Position numbers and translations under genes: made by a program. The notes beneath the pieces are model-generated. The model did not search any database and had not been told where the DNA came from. It saw only the letters and a program-made list of their open reading frames with translations. Source: an uncultured Chthoniobacter sp. (GTDB lineage: Bacteria; Verrucomicrobiota; Verrucomicrobiia; Chthoniobacterales; Chthoniobacteraceae). From it: a stretch of DNA of 61,538 bases. Positions 31,250 through 41,596 of the stretch are shown piece after piece (position 1 is the first letter of the stretch; each line of letters opens with the position of its first letter). The stretch spans positions 1 through 61,538 of the forward strand of contig CAYQBV010000001.1 in the NCBI GenBank assembly GCA_964415705.1, written 5' to 3'.

Positions 31250-34200
31250 GTGTCCACTGTTGACCGCCAAGTTGACCTGACGCCGACGAAGGGCATGGAC
31301 CTGCGGATGCTGACCCGCGAGGCCGGCAGCCCGTACATGCAGAACCTGCTGCGCCCGCGCCCAGGCGACCTGCCAGTGCGCGCAGGCTTCGGCCTTGTGC
31401 GCGAGTACGGCACCACGCTCAACGCGGGTCGCGTTCCGGCGAGCGGAATAAGCACGGACACGTCACCGTTCGGGCTCGGGCGCTGCATCGGCGCGACGCA
31501 CGTTCGGACGGCCTGGGGGACCGACCAGATCCTCGCCATCCACACGCTCCTGTCGTTCACCGGCAACCTGCGCTGGACGTCGAACACGGGCGACGATGTC
31601 TACGGCCAGCGCGCGGTGTTCCTGGCTGGCGTCGTCGCCATCGTCCACGACTTGCACACCGGGCGCTTTTCCGAGGTCGTGCTGCACGAGCAGGACACTC
31701 AAGAGGTGGACCTGAGCGTGGTGTTCCCGAACTACTCCACGCGCTTTGACGACAACCGCTCGCGCTGGGTCAAGGTGACGCGCGAGCCGAAGTGGGCGTT
31801 GTTCGCGCCGCTGCACTCGGCGGACGTCGGCGTTGAGCAGTTCAACGTCGTCGTCACCATCGACGGCTTGGGGCAGTGGACCTATCGCCCGATCGACGCG
31901 CCGCGCATCGGCAACAAGCAGATGGACAGCCTGGACTGGACCGTGCTGGGGCCGAACATGGGCGAGGACGGGTGGTTCTCGCCGCTGTCGCTCGCCAACG
32001 GGCTTTCGCCGCCCGCAGACGGCATTGCCTTTCTGAGGCCGGGCGAGTTGGGCGTCGTGACGGCGATGACGACCTTCAACGGCGACCGCATCGTCTACGG
32101 GTCGGGCAACGACATCTGGTTCTCGGACCCGCGACTGCCGCAAGCCATCGCCGTCGACAACGTCTACTCGCTGCCGACGCCGGACCCGATCACGCTCCTG
32201 GCCCCGGTCCGCAGCATGATCTTCGTCGCGACCCAAGGCGGCCAGTGCTGGGTCTACCAGCCGGCGCTGACGGGCAACCAGGACACGGGCGTCTTGACGG
32301 CACTGTCGCGGTCGGATGGCTGCATCTGGCCGCAAGCCGGGTGCGTGGGCGGCAACGGCGTGTTCTTCGTCGCGGACGGCGGGGTGTACTTCTACGGCGG
32401 CGGCGTGACCCTGGAATGGCTGTCGGAGCCGATCGACAGGCTGTGGAGCGATCCGCAGTCCTTGGCGCTTCCATTGACGGATTTCTACACCAAGCAGGGC
32501 ATCACGGCGATGGAGTCGGTGCAGTTGCCGGCGCAGTTCGACATCCGCGAGCAGATGCGGACGGCGCGGTTGGCCTGGGACGACGACAAGAAGACGCTCT
32601 ACTGCTCGTGCGACGACGTGACCTTGTGCTGGACGCAGGGCTTTGGCTGGAGCGTGTGGCTCTACCAGACCCACGCGGGCGACAGTCGGAGCGTGAGTGG
32701 CGCGGCGAACGTGACGGCACCGACGCTGGTGCCGATCCGCGAGGACCTGTACCTGCTGGGCGGCCCTGACGCCATGTTCTACGACCGGCCCGAGGACAGC
32801 GCACTCCACGAGGCGGTGACGGACAAGTCGTGCTACCTGCTCAAGTTGGGTCGCGGCGGAGCGGTGGACCGCAGCATGTGCGCGCAGCCGTCGAAGTTTG
32901 ACGCCTGGGCGTTCACGCTCGCCGGCTACATCGTGCCGGGCGACGTGGTGCGCCTCACCATCAACGCGGTCAACTACGACTACACGGTGCTGGAAGGCGA
33001 CGACTTCACTGCCATCTACGCCGCGAGCGCGGGCGCGGCGGCAGCCGATCCGCTGTACGACGCGATCTCGTGGGAGTACGGCGCCGGCATCATCGCCAAG
33101 ACGGCCGGCGACATGGCCATCGCGGTTTCGGCCAGCGTCGTCGCGCCAGGCGTCGGCACCTACACGGCGACCCGCGTTCAGGACGGCGCGGAGCCCGATG
33201 TGGTCGACGCGGACCTGGAGGACGAGCGCCAACCGATCGGCGGCTACGTCAAGTTCGAGGCCGTGGGTGCGCCCACCACGGACGACGGCGCGCTGTTCGT
33301 TGGACCGCCCATCGTGTTGCCGATCGGCTACGTCTGGCCGGGCGCCATCACGGGCGAGACGGTGCAGACGTACTGGTGGCCGGTGAAGTTCGCGGGCACG
33401 AGCGGGTTTGCCGGGTCGCCTCCGAGTATCTGGAGTCTGGAGTTCAGCTTCGACAACGACCTGTGGCAGCCGATCTGCACGACAGCGACAGTTGGCGAGT
33501 TCGGCTTTGTGCTGCCGAGCGAGCGGCTGGCGTCGGAGGCCGGCTACCAACGCGGGGCACCTGACGCAACGCATCATGTATGGGTGACCCTGGTTGGCGT
33601 ACCTGACCCCAATGGCGACACAGTGGAAATTGCCTTCAACGGCAACACCCCACCGGCCGGGACGTGGACGACGCAGCCGAACCTGAACACGAGCGTCATC
33701 GGCCCTGACACCTTGCTCTACCTGGGCTTCCGCTACTTGGGCGAGGACCCGGCGCAGACGGCGATCTTCCCGAAGTCGGCGCTGTGGCTGTACCCGGAAG
33801 TGACGGAGGCGATCTCAGGAACCGGGGCTGCACAGTTCAGCATTGCCTCCTACTTCTGGCAGTCCGGTCGCTACCCGACCCAACAGGCTGAATTGGCGGG
33901 CAAGCAGCAAGCGGTGGACTGGGTGGTCAAGACGCGCGAGGTCGAGGACGGCGGCAACCAAGTCCGGTGCCAAGGCGTGTTCGTGACCGCGATGAGCCTG
34001 GGCAACGGCGAGGACGACGTGGTGCCGCTTTGGCGGTACGGCCCGCTCAACACGGCGACGTCGACCGACTGGCGCGACTACTCGGCGCAAGCCCTCGACT
34101 TCAACAGCGTGCCGCCGGGCAACAGCGAGACGAACGGGATCGACGTGTACCCGCGCCTGACGCCGGTTGGCTCGCCGTATGCGGACCCGGTTGCCAACAC

Positions 34201-34423
34201 CTTCGACAACCAGAGCAAGTGGGGTTCGTTGGCGTCTCCGGCTCACGGCAACGTGCTGATTGGCGACCCGGCGACGGACACGCTGGCGACGACGGACGGC
34301 AGCCAGGGCGTGCGCGTGTCGGTCATGCTGCACGGGACGATGAACGCTCCGGGCGAGGGGTTGCGGCTCGGGCGGATCGCGGCGGTGCTGCGGCGCATGG
34401 GTCTGGCGCAGAGGTGGCGGTGA
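31250..34423 (+). CDS. Tail nozzle / DNA stabilisation protein (beta-propeller-like)
   Basis: IWFSDP, ITLLAP...IFVAT, GCI......GVFFV..GVYFY.G, LSEPID; follows the adaptor. Confidence 0.75.
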   Translation: MSTVDRQVDLTPTKGMDLRMLTREAGSPYMQNLLRPRPGDLPVRAGFGLVREYGTTLNAGRVPASGISTDTSPFGLGRCIGATHVRTAWGTDQILAIHTLLSFTGNLRWTSNTGDDVYGQRAVFLAGVVAIVHDLHTGRFSEVVLHEQDTQEVDLSVVFPNYSTRFDDNRSRWVKVTREPKWALFAPLHSADVGVEQFNVVVTIDGLGQWTYRPIDAPRIGNKQMDSLDWTVLGPNMGEDGWFSPLSLANGLSPPADGIAFLRPGELGVVTAMTTFNGDRIVYGSGNDIWFSDPRLPQAIAVDNVYSLPTPDPITLLAPVRSMIFVATQGGQCWVYQPALTGNQDTGVLTALSRSDGCIWPQAGCVGGNGVFFVADGGVYFYGGGVTLEWLSEPIDRLWSDPQSLALPLTDFYTKQGITAMESVQLPAQFDIREQMRTARLAWDDDKKTLYCSCDDVTLCWTQGFGWSVWLYQTHAGDSRSVSGAANVTAPTLVPIREDLYLLGGPDAMFYDRPEDSALHEAVTDKSCYLLKLGRGGAVDRSMCAQPSKFDAWAFTLAGYIVPGDVVRLTINAVNYDYTVLEGDDFTAIYAASAGAAAADPLYDAISWEYGAGIIAKTAGDMAIAVSASVVAPGVGTYTATRVQDGAEPDVVDADLEDERQPIGGYVKFEAVGAPTTDDGALFVGPPIVLPIGYVWPGAITGETVQTYWWPVKFAGTSGFAGSPPSIWSLEFSFDNDLWQPICTTATVGEFGFVLPSERLASEAGYQRGAPDATHHVWVTLVGVPDPNGDTVEIAFNGNTPPAGTWTTQPNLNTSVIGPDTLLYLGFRYLGEDPAQTAIFPKSALWLYPEVTEAISGTGAAQFSIASYFWQSGRYPTQQAELAGKQQAVDWVVKTREVEDGGNQVRCQGVFVTAMSLGNGEDDVVPLWRYGPLNTATSTDWRDYSAQALDFNSVPPGNSETNGIDVYPRLTPVGSPYADPVANTFDNQSKWGSLASPAHGNVLIGDPATDTLATTDGSQGVRVSVMLHGTMNAPGEGLRLGRIAAVLRRMGLAQRWR

Positions 34424-35010
34424 TGCCGACGACCCAGGAGATTGCAGCGCAGCGCCTCCGGTTTGCCAACTTGACCAAGGCAACCGACCAGTTGTGGGAG
34501 GAAGCAACCGCCAAGTACGGGGCGGACGAGATGAAGTGGCCCGAAGCGGTGCAGGCCAAGATGTACGACGACGAAGGCGGGCTCGGGTCCATGTTTTTGC
34601 AGCAAGGCGACATGCCGGCGTTTCGAGCCTTCATGGTGCGGGAGGGGCGGTCGCCGCCGGGCGAAGCGTGGGAAAAAGCAGACGGAACCGACATGGCCAT
34701 TGAGGCGCGAACTGGCACCCCCATGGATTTGACGCCGGTTCAGCAACCTGTCATGCAACGTTCGGCAGCACCTGCAAAAACCACGCCACCAGCAGCCGCC
34801 CCGCTCCGGTTGCCGAATCGGAGCTTCGGTTCCGCAACCGGAACGCGGCATACGCCGTTGCAGCAGGAGATCGCCCGCCAGCGCCTCGCGAAGATGATCG
34901 ACGACTTCGCCTCACAGCCAGCAGCCGAACCGTTGCCCAAGCCAGTTCGCAAGCCGCCCGCGCCATCCGTTGACCTCCCCGATGACCCGAACCGTACGGG
35001 GGACCGCTGA
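34423..35010 (+). CDS. Hypothetical protein
   Basis: TGATG coupling on both sides. Confidence 0.65.
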   Translation: MPTTQEIAAQRLRFANLTKATDQLWEEATAKYGADEMKWPEAVQAKMYDDEGGLGSMFLQQGDMPAFRAFMVREGRSPPGEAWEKADGTDMAIEARTGTPMDLTPVQQPVMQRSAAPAKTTPPAAAPLRLPNRSFGSATGTRHTPLQQEIARQRLAKMIDDFASQPAAEPLPKPVRKPPAPSVDLPDDPNRTGDR

Positions 35011-35519
35011 TGGCCCGCCCCGCCGTCGAACTGACCGCCGCGACCGACAAGGAAGGCTTGCTGGAGGCGGAGAACCGCCGCAAGCGCGAGCAGGCGTTCG
35101 CGAGCATCCTGGCGCTGGCGCCACGTGGCGTCGGCCTCGGCATCGCCGCTGGCATCCTCGGCCCCGGAACCTACCGCGGCGGCACCGTGGCGGACGGCGC
35201 GAGGATCGACGGCATCGGCTGGCCGGTCGTGGACGGCCAGGTGACGTTCGCTGGCAACGCCATGGTGCGCGGCGTGGTGTTCAAGCAGGCCATCGTGTGC
35301 CCGACCGATGCCGTGGTGCAGTTCGTTGGCTGCGTGTTTCTGGAGCCGTTCACGCTGGTAGGCAACCCTCGCGTGGCTTGCTCCGGGTGTCGATTTGACG
35401 GGACGGCCAACATCAACAACGCTGCCGGCGCGGCGATCGACGTCGCCATTGCCGGCGGCACGCACACCAACGGCGTCGCTCACGTCAATGTCACGAGCCC
35501 CGGGGGGGAAACGACGTGA
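35010..35519 (+). CDS. Virion protein with a short beta-helix-like C-terminus
   Basis: GPGTY and the periodic VRGVVF, FVGCVF, CSGCRF. Confidence 0.65.
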   Translation: MARPAVELTAATDKEGLLEAENRRKREQAFASILALAPRGVGLGIAAGILGPGTYRGGTVADGARIDGIGWPVVDGQVTFAGNAMVRGVVFKQAIVCPTDAVVQFVGCVFLEPFTLVGNPRVACSGCRFDGTANINNAAGAAIDVAIAGGTHTNGVAHVNVTSPGGETT

Positions 35520-36343
35520 AGTCCAACCGCCTCGTCCCCTGGCAGTTTTCGCCGGGTCTCACAGTCGACGCCACGCGAATTGAAGCGTCATTGCGGGAAC
35601 TTGCGCGCCTGTTCGACGACGTGCCAGCGGACCTTGTGCAGCGTCGGTGGTCGCCGTCGCCGCTGGTGTGGGGCCTCTTGCCGGCGCAGTTTGCCAACCC
35701 GGTCGACGACACCTCCACTGCCGGCCGTTTGCCGTGGATGCGCGAGAACAGCAAGGACTCGAACGCGAGCTTGCAGTTGATTCCAGCCGGCGACTTTTCC
35801 AATCCGTTCCGCGTCAAGTCCAACGTGGTCGGGACCGGAACTGCTGGCCACGAATTGGAGACCCGCGCCGACCTGTTGACGTGGGAAGTCTCCATCCTGG
35901 CCACGCACCCGATGATCATTGGCGATCTGACGGTCATGGCGGACGCTTCCGGTGCGCCCTACGACAACGACTGGATCGTGACGGCAACCAACGCGCCGAC
36001 GACGGACTACACGCTGCAAGTGGGGCTGTCGGACGCCTGGGACCTGGAGAACCGCAAGAAGCTGCGCCAAGCGTCCCTGGTCTACCAGACGCCTTCGGAC
36101 GGCTTTGCGTTCTCGGCTGCTGCCGCTGGCGCCGACACCGTGATTCCAGCCTACTCGACCGGCGAGTTCCAGGGCTTCGGCGTCTGGTGCTGCCCGCTGG
36201 TGCTGGTTCCGGCCGGCGCTCGCGTGTTCTTTCAGTGGACGATCCCGTGGTACGATGCGCCGGTCCCGACGTCCTGGGGTGAGACCCCGTGGCGCCGCAA
36301 CGCCTGGAGCCTTTCGACTCGCATTTGGAGCCCGACGCGCTGA
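35516..36343 (+). CDS. Putative tail-associated protein
   Basis: Coupled gene in the tail module. Confidence 0.7.
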   Translation: MKSNRLVPWQFSPGLTVDATRIEASLRELARLFDDVPADLVQRRWSPSPLVWGLLPAQFANPVDDTSTAGRLPWMRENSKDSNASLQLIPAGDFSNPFRVKSNVVGTGTAGHELETRADLLTWEVSILATHPMIIGDLTVMADASGAPYDNDWIVTATNAPTTDYTLQVGLSDAWDLENRKKLRQASLVYQTPSDGFAFSAAAAGADTVIPAYSTGEFQGFGVWCCPLVLVPAGARVFFQWTIPWYDAPVPTSWGETPWRRNAWSLSTRIWSPTR

Positions 36344-38418
36344 TGGCGAAAACGACCCAGTGCCCTGTAACTCGCTATGCGCGCGGCGTAAAGCTGACGC
36401 TGGACCACGTCGTCGGCGAGGACGTCAACCACGCCCTGGACGCCATGCAGTCAGCCGCCGCGTCCGCTGGCCTGCGAGATACGGTGGAGGAGCGCGGCGT
36501 CAGCAAGCACGCATGGATTCTGCCGTGGGTCGGTGCCGCGGGCGTCCAGGACGATGCGCCGGGCGCGTTCTGGCCGTTCACGCTGCCGCCGTTCCAGCAG
36601 GATTTCGTCTACTCCAGCGGGACGGCTGGCGACTACGCGAACCTCGTGGACCCGGAGTACCGCAACACGCTGGTGGAACTGTGCATTTCGCTCGACCAAA
36701 TGGCTGAAAGGTTTGCTGTTGTCGGACCGTGCAGCAGTACAACGCAGGGCAGTCTGACCGACGCCGACATGAACCGCTACGACATGACGGTGCGCCTCTT
36801 GGAGCGCGACCCGAGTTGCATCGTCGGTGCGACCGGCGACACCAACAGCTTCCGGGAACTGCTGAAGTTCGAGATCGACGGCGTGGTGGCGTTCGGCACC
36901 GGCGAGCCCAACACGGCGTTGTCGCGGACCAACCCGCTCGTGGTCAGCGACCTGAACGTCACGCTCCAGCCGTACAAGGTCTACATCTGGCAGGTGAACT
37001 GTCCGGGTCTGTTCGACGCGGCAGCCTTGGGCACAAAGGACGTGGTGACGGTGACTTGCACGGTTGCGGGCGCGGCCGGCGACACGGCACGCATCACCAT
37101 CGGCGCCACGAACTACGACTACGTGGTGGTGGGTGGCGACACGGCGGCCATGATCATGACGGCACTGGTGGCGCTTATCGACCCCGCCGACCCGATCTAC
37201 AACGCCATTCGCGTCGGTGCCGTCATCACGCTCACATCGAAGTCGTCGCACCTTTCGGCCGTCGTCGTGGCATCCTTCATCCCTGGCGCCCCTGGCACCT
37301 TCACGAACGTCCACACGACGACCGGCGTCCCGGGCACGGTCGAGTTCCTGTCGCTGGTTTCGCTCAACCTCATGGGCACGATGCTGTCGCCGTTGACCCA
37401 GCGGGACGAGACGTTCGACTCCCAGCAGATCCAGAACATCCCGGAGAACCACGACGGCAGCCACGTCGGCTACGCCATCCCGAAGACCGACCCGGCAGGC
37501 GGCGCCGTCATCACCGGCACCGACGTCCAAGAGAACCTGCTGCACGGCTTCGACCGCGCCTTGCGACAGCGTGCGGCCAGCGGCTACGGCCAAGGCTACG
37601 GCGCGCTCGGCAACGACATGCAGGCGTCGGACATCAACCCGAAGGAACTGCTGCTCAACGACTCGCACTACCAGATGATCGTGGTGCCGTTCTGGAGCGG
37701 GCAGTACCGGGAGAGCGTGCGCGTGCGCGACTTGCCGGAAGCCGGACTGCCGTTCACTTCGGCACCGTGGGCCGTCGACACCGACGACCGCCGCGTCATT
37801 CCGGTGCCGGAAGGGTTCGTGCTGCACCATGCGTTCGCGGTCTGGAACGGCTACAGCCCCAAGACCACGGTGCATCCGTTTCGCACGGCGCACGGGTCGT
37901 TTCCTGACTCGGCCATCGCGACGACGTACTTGCAAGAGGTCAACATCGCGCTCAACACCGGCTGGCGCGGCGACGACTACCTGTACCAGCAGGTCGCGTA
38001 CCTCAAGTGGTCGGCGGCGCTCGTGGGGGCGTTCAATTACGACGACTTCCTCATCGACGAGTTCCGCGCCAAGGTCGCTGGCACGTTCTGCCCGACGTAC
38101 CGGATGCTCCAGATTCCGATTGTGCATCCGGTCGGACCGCCGCTGTGGGACGACCACTCGTGGAAGGAGAGCGGTGTGCCGTTCTTCATGGGCAAGTCGA
38201 ACACGCTGACCGCGAACCGTGCTGACTGCGGCACGCTGCCGTCTGCGTTCGGTGGTGGCGCGTTGCACGTCCCGACCACGCTGGGGCGCGAGAACACGCT
38301 GGAGATCCGCTGGCTCAAGAACTTCGGGTCGCTGGTCAACCTTGGCAACGAAGACGTGCTCGTGGGACAAGGTGGCGAGTTCGTGATCCTGCTTGGCAAG
38401 CAGACCCTTGGCGGATAG
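36343..38418 (+). CDS. Putative tail-associated protein with an inserted module shared with the nozzle
   Basis: TGATG coupling; insert GDTARITIGATNYDYVV.GGD...ADPIY. Confidence 0.7.
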   Translation: MAKTTQCPVTRYARGVKLTLDHVVGEDVNHALDAMQSAAASAGLRDTVEERGVSKHAWILPWVGAAGVQDDAPGAFWPFTLPPFQQDFVYSSGTAGDYANLVDPEYRNTLVELCISLDQMAERFAVVGPCSSTTQGSLTDADMNRYDMTVRLLERDPSCIVGATGDTNSFRELLKFEIDGVVAFGTGEPNTALSRTNPLVVSDLNVTLQPYKVYIWQVNCPGLFDAAALGTKDVVTVTCTVAGAAGDTARITIGATNYDYVVVGGDTAAMIMTALVALIDPADPIYNAIRVGAVITLTSKSSHLSAVVVASFIPGAPGTFTNVHTTTGVPGTVEFLSLVSLNLMGTMLSPLTQRDETFDSQQIQNIPENHDGSHVGYAIPKTDPAGGAVITGTDVQENLLHGFDRALRQRAASGYGQGYGALGNDMQASDINPKELLLNDSHYQMIVVPFWSGQYRESVRVRDLPEAGLPFTSAPWAVDTDDRRVIPVPEGFVLHHAFAVWNGYSPKTTVHPFRTAHGSFPDSAIATTYLQEVNIALNTGWRGDDYLYQQVAYLKWSAALVGAFNYDDFLIDEFRAKVAGTFCPTYRMLQIPIVHPVGPPLWDDHSWKESGVPFFMGKSNTLTANRADCGTLPSAFGGGALHVPTTLGRENTLEIRWLKNFGSLVNLGNEDVLVGQGGEFVILLGKQTLGG

Positions 38419-38439
38419 GCTATCGCCCCGGAGGACTCC

Positions 38440-39090
38440 ATGGCAGACGCGACCGTGCCCGCCGAGAAGCCGCTGACTGCGGCGGACATCAAGGCGCTGA
38501 ACAACCAAGAGATGGCGAAAACGCGTTTGGGGCTCCTGCGCCAGGCCGAGAGCGCCGAGAAGGGCGTCGCCGCTGTCGGGGAAGCCGAGAAGGGCGCGAT
38601 GGGCGGACTGCAAGCGCGGTCGGGCCAGATTGGCGCGGCGCAGCGGGCGCGAGGTGGTGGCGGCTCGCTTGCTGGTGCCCGGCAGTCGGCGTTGTCGCGG
38701 GGCATTGCGGAAGGCGAGTTGCGCGGCGAGTTCGCGGGCAAGCGACAGGCGGCAGAGGATCGGGCCGCGCAGGCACAGACGGATCTGTCGACGTCGAATG
38801 TGAAGTTGAACAACGCGCTGTTGGCTGACCTTGAGGCCGTCAAGGGGATCTACGACGACCTGGTGTCGGACTACGACACCAAGTACACGGCGAAGATGGT
38901 CGTGGTGACAGACACGGACCGCAAGAAGATCGAGGCAGACATCCGGCGCAAATACGCCGGTTCCGATGCTGCAACGCAGGCAGAAGCGGCCCGCTTCATC
39001 CAGGACATGAACGCCGGCAAGCTCGACGCTGCCGGCTCCATCGACGCCGCTCCGGGCGGTCTCCTCGGCGACATCGTCGACTGGTTCTAG
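38440..39090 (+). CDS. Putative internal virion (ejection) protein
   Basis: Ala/Gly/Gln-rich and helical; SD GGAGG. Confidence 0.65.
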   Translation: MADATVPAEKPLTAADIKALNNQEMAKTRLGLLRQAESAEKGVAAVGEAEKGAMGGLQARSGQIGAAQRARGGGGSLAGARQSALSRGIAEGELRGEFAGKRQAAEDRAAQAQTDLSTSNVKLNNALLADLEAVKGIYDDLVSDYDTKYTAKMVVVTDTDRKKIEADIRRKYAGSDAATQAEAARFIQDMNAGKLDAAGSIDAAPGGLLGDIVDWF

Positions 39091-39098
39091 GAGAGGCA

Positions 39099-41594
39099 AT
39101 GCCGCGAATTTCCTACGCCTCGCAGTATTCCCCGGTGGTCAGCGCCGACACGGACGTGTTCTTTCCGGAGCGGCTGTCGCGTCCGGCGCGGCCGATGCCG
39201 AACGCGGCGGCGGACACCCGTGACCGCGTGGTTGCGGTTGGCGACATCATCAAGACCGTGGCCGACTCGCCGCTGACGAAGTTGCTCCTGCGCGCTGGCG
39301 ATGCCGGGGTGTCGAAGCTCCAGCAGATTGCGGCCGAGCGCAAGGCGGCGCAGGAGAAGGAACGCGAGGGCGGCTACGAGGGCGCGGAGACCGGGGCGAC
39401 CGACGTGGCTGCCTGGGATGCGCCCGCTCCCACGACGGCACCAGCGGCTCCGGCTGCGCCGGCAGGGACCCCGCCGCCGGTCATGTGGTCGGCAGAGCAG
39501 GCAACGAAAATGCCAGCCTATCGCGGTGGAACCGGACGCCCCGCGACCGCCGACGAACGTGGGGAGTTCAGCCGCATTGGCTCCCCTGGCAGCGACTACT
39601 CGACGGCGTGGGACGAACGCAACACGGCAACGCCCAACAATGTGAATCCGCAGCCCGGCCTCGACTGGTCCGGCACGCGGGACCAGCACTTCGACCCGGA
39701 ACTGGCGCACCGCATGGCCGGCAGCGGGGCGTCGGCCGGCATCCCGAACGAGTACGTCGGCGCGAACTTGCCGGCGCAGACGTTGGGCAAAGGACACCCC
39801 GCGGGTCCGGTGTCGTTCCCTGCCCAGGACCCCGCGGTGACGGCCGGAGTGGGCGACCGCGCCGCTTCCGAAGCGCTCCTGCGCGACGTGGGCGGCGGGA
39901 TGCTGGAGCAGCAGGGAGCCATGCAGCGGATCGCCGCTGAACGGCTGGCGAAGCAGCGTGGCGTTCCGACTCCCGCGACGGCCGCACCAGTTGCCCCGCC
40001 GGACCAGGACGTTGCGTTGCTGGACCGCTTGGCCCCGGCGTTGCGGAGCGTGACAGGGGGGCGGACCCAGACGTCACCGCAAGATGCGCTCGTGGCCGAC
40101 GCGGCAGCCCAGCAGGCATCGGAACTGGACTGGTCCGGCACCAAGGACCAGCAGCCACCCGTTTCGGAACCTGCTCAGGCACCGACGACGGCAGCCCCCG
40201 CAGTGACCGCGCCTCAACCGCCCGCAGGACCGGCCGCGGCGCCCGCCCCGAAATCCACTGCGGCACCAGGCAAGCGCACGTTGGGGGAACTTGGCGAGCC
40301 GGAGTTGCTGAAACTCCAGCAGCGCGTGCAGCGGCAGGCAGACCGCGCCGTGTCGCCCGAGGAGAAGCGGCTGTGGGAAGGCCGGCTTGGCGACGTGGCG
40401 ACGGAGATGCAGCATCGCCAGGACCAGACCTCGCTGGAGACGCCCGCGCGCCTCACGCCGGAACGACTGTGGGAACGCGCGCGCCAGGCCGGAACGTCAG
40501 AGGACCAGGCGAAGGTGCTGGCGGCAATCGAGACCGCGGACCTTCCGGTGCGCGACTTCGGGGACCTGTTCGGCAACGCGCGGCAAGAGCGGGCGATGGA
40601 GCAGGCGCGGTCGCTGTTTCCGTCGGCGCCGAAGCGGACGGTTGAGGAGCAGGCGGCGGATGCGTTGCTGGCCCGGACGCGGGCGAACAAGATGCTGGAG
40701 GAAAGCGGGTTGTTGAAGGAGAAGACGACGACGGAGAGGGAAGGACGCGAACCGAAGATCGCAGACGTCAAGGCTGGAACCGGCCTCAAGAACGCGCAGG
40801 CGCACAAGACCGCCGCGACCACGGACCCGGAAGTCGGCCGGCTGACCGCCATGGCGAAGGACGCGGACTCTCGCCGTGCGGAACGTGACGCGCTGCTCGC
40901 GGGCAAGCAGAACCTGCAAGGTGCCGACGTCACGCTCAAGACGGCGCAGGCCAACGCCGCAAACGCTCGCGCCAAGGTGCTGCAACTGCGGCGTGGTGGC
41001 GCGAAACAGAACGACCCGCGCATCCTCAAGCTGGTGCAGGACGCTGAGGCGGCGGACCTGAAGGCTGCCGACGCGGTGGACGACGACGTGGCCAAGGCCG
41101 TCGCCGCCGCCATCGACGACGAGCAGCGCCTGCTGGATGCGGCGACCAAGGTGCCCAAGGTCGAAGGCGACGTGCCGGCTGAGATCACTGCCGTCCTGGA
41201 GAGCGAGGACGCCGGCAAGGTGGAGAAGCAGGAGGCTGCCCGCCGCCTGAAGACATGGCAAGACGCCAAGCGGGAGTGGGATGGGGCCAAGACCATCATT
41301 GACCGCAACCAGGGCGACGCCTCGCAGATCGGTAAGTTGACGGGCAAGCAGGCCAAACTACAGGCAGACCGTGACGCGAGGCGGAAAGAGGTCAAGAAGG
41401 TCTACGCCGATGCCAAGACGGCGGGGCAGAAGATCCTGTTCAAGCGGGCCGGCGTGCCTGCTTCGGGCTCACCGGGCACCGCGCCTCTCCCTCCGGTGAC
41501 GTTCAACGGCCAAGTGGTCCCTGAGGGCGGCGAGTTCGAGTCTGACGGCAAGCGCTACCGTGTGGTGAACGGCAAGCGTCAGCGGATCCGGTAG
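39099..41594 (+). CDS. Putative internal virion (ejection) protein
   Basis: 831 aa, low-complexity and coiled-coil; C-terminal GKRYRVVNG motif; internal LDWSGT.DQ occurs twice. Confidence 0.7.
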   Translation: MPRISYASQYSPVVSADTDVFFPERLSRPARPMPNAAADTRDRVVAVGDIIKTVADSPLTKLLLRAGDAGVSKLQQIAAERKAAQEKEREGGYEGAETGATDVAAWDAPAPTTAPAAPAAPAGTPPPVMWSAEQATKMPAYRGGTGRPATADERGEFSRIGSPGSDYSTAWDERNTATPNNVNPQPGLDWSGTRDQHFDPELAHRMAGSGASAGIPNEYVGANLPAQTLGKGHPAGPVSFPAQDPAVTAGVGDRAASEALLRDVGGGMLEQQGAMQRIAAERLAKQRGVPTPATAAPVAPPDQDVALLDRLAPALRSVTGGRTQTSPQDALVADAAAQQASELDWSGTKDQQPPVSEPAQAPTTAAPAVTAPQPPAGPAAAPAPKSTAAPGKRTLGELGEPELLKLQQRVQRQADRAVSPEEKRLWEGRLGDVATEMQHRQDQTSLETPARLTPERLWERARQAGTSEDQAKVLAAIETADLPVRDFGDLFGNARQERAMEQARSLFPSAPKRTVEEQAADALLARTRANKMLEESGLLKEKTTTEREGREPKIADVKAGTGLKNAQAHKTAATTDPEVGRLTAMAKDADSRRAERDALLAGKQNLQGADVTLKTAQANAANARAKVLQLRRGGAKQNDPRILKLVQDAEAADLKAADAVDDDVAKAVAAAIDDEQRLLDAATKVPKVEGDVPAEITAVLESEDAGKVEKQEAARRLKTWQDAKREWDGAKTIIDRNQGDASQIGKLTGKQAKLQADRDARRKEVKKVYADAKTAGQKILFKRAGVPASGSPGTAPLPPVTFNGQVVPEGGEFESDGKRYRVVNGKRQRIR

Positions 41595-41596
41595 CC

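Noticed and set aside
35502-35519. G7 run as a programmed frameshift fusing the 35010 and 35516 genes
   Set aside because: Not an in-frame X-XXY-YYZ heptamer; explained as Gly-Gly codons and an SD-like tract before a coupled GTGA start.
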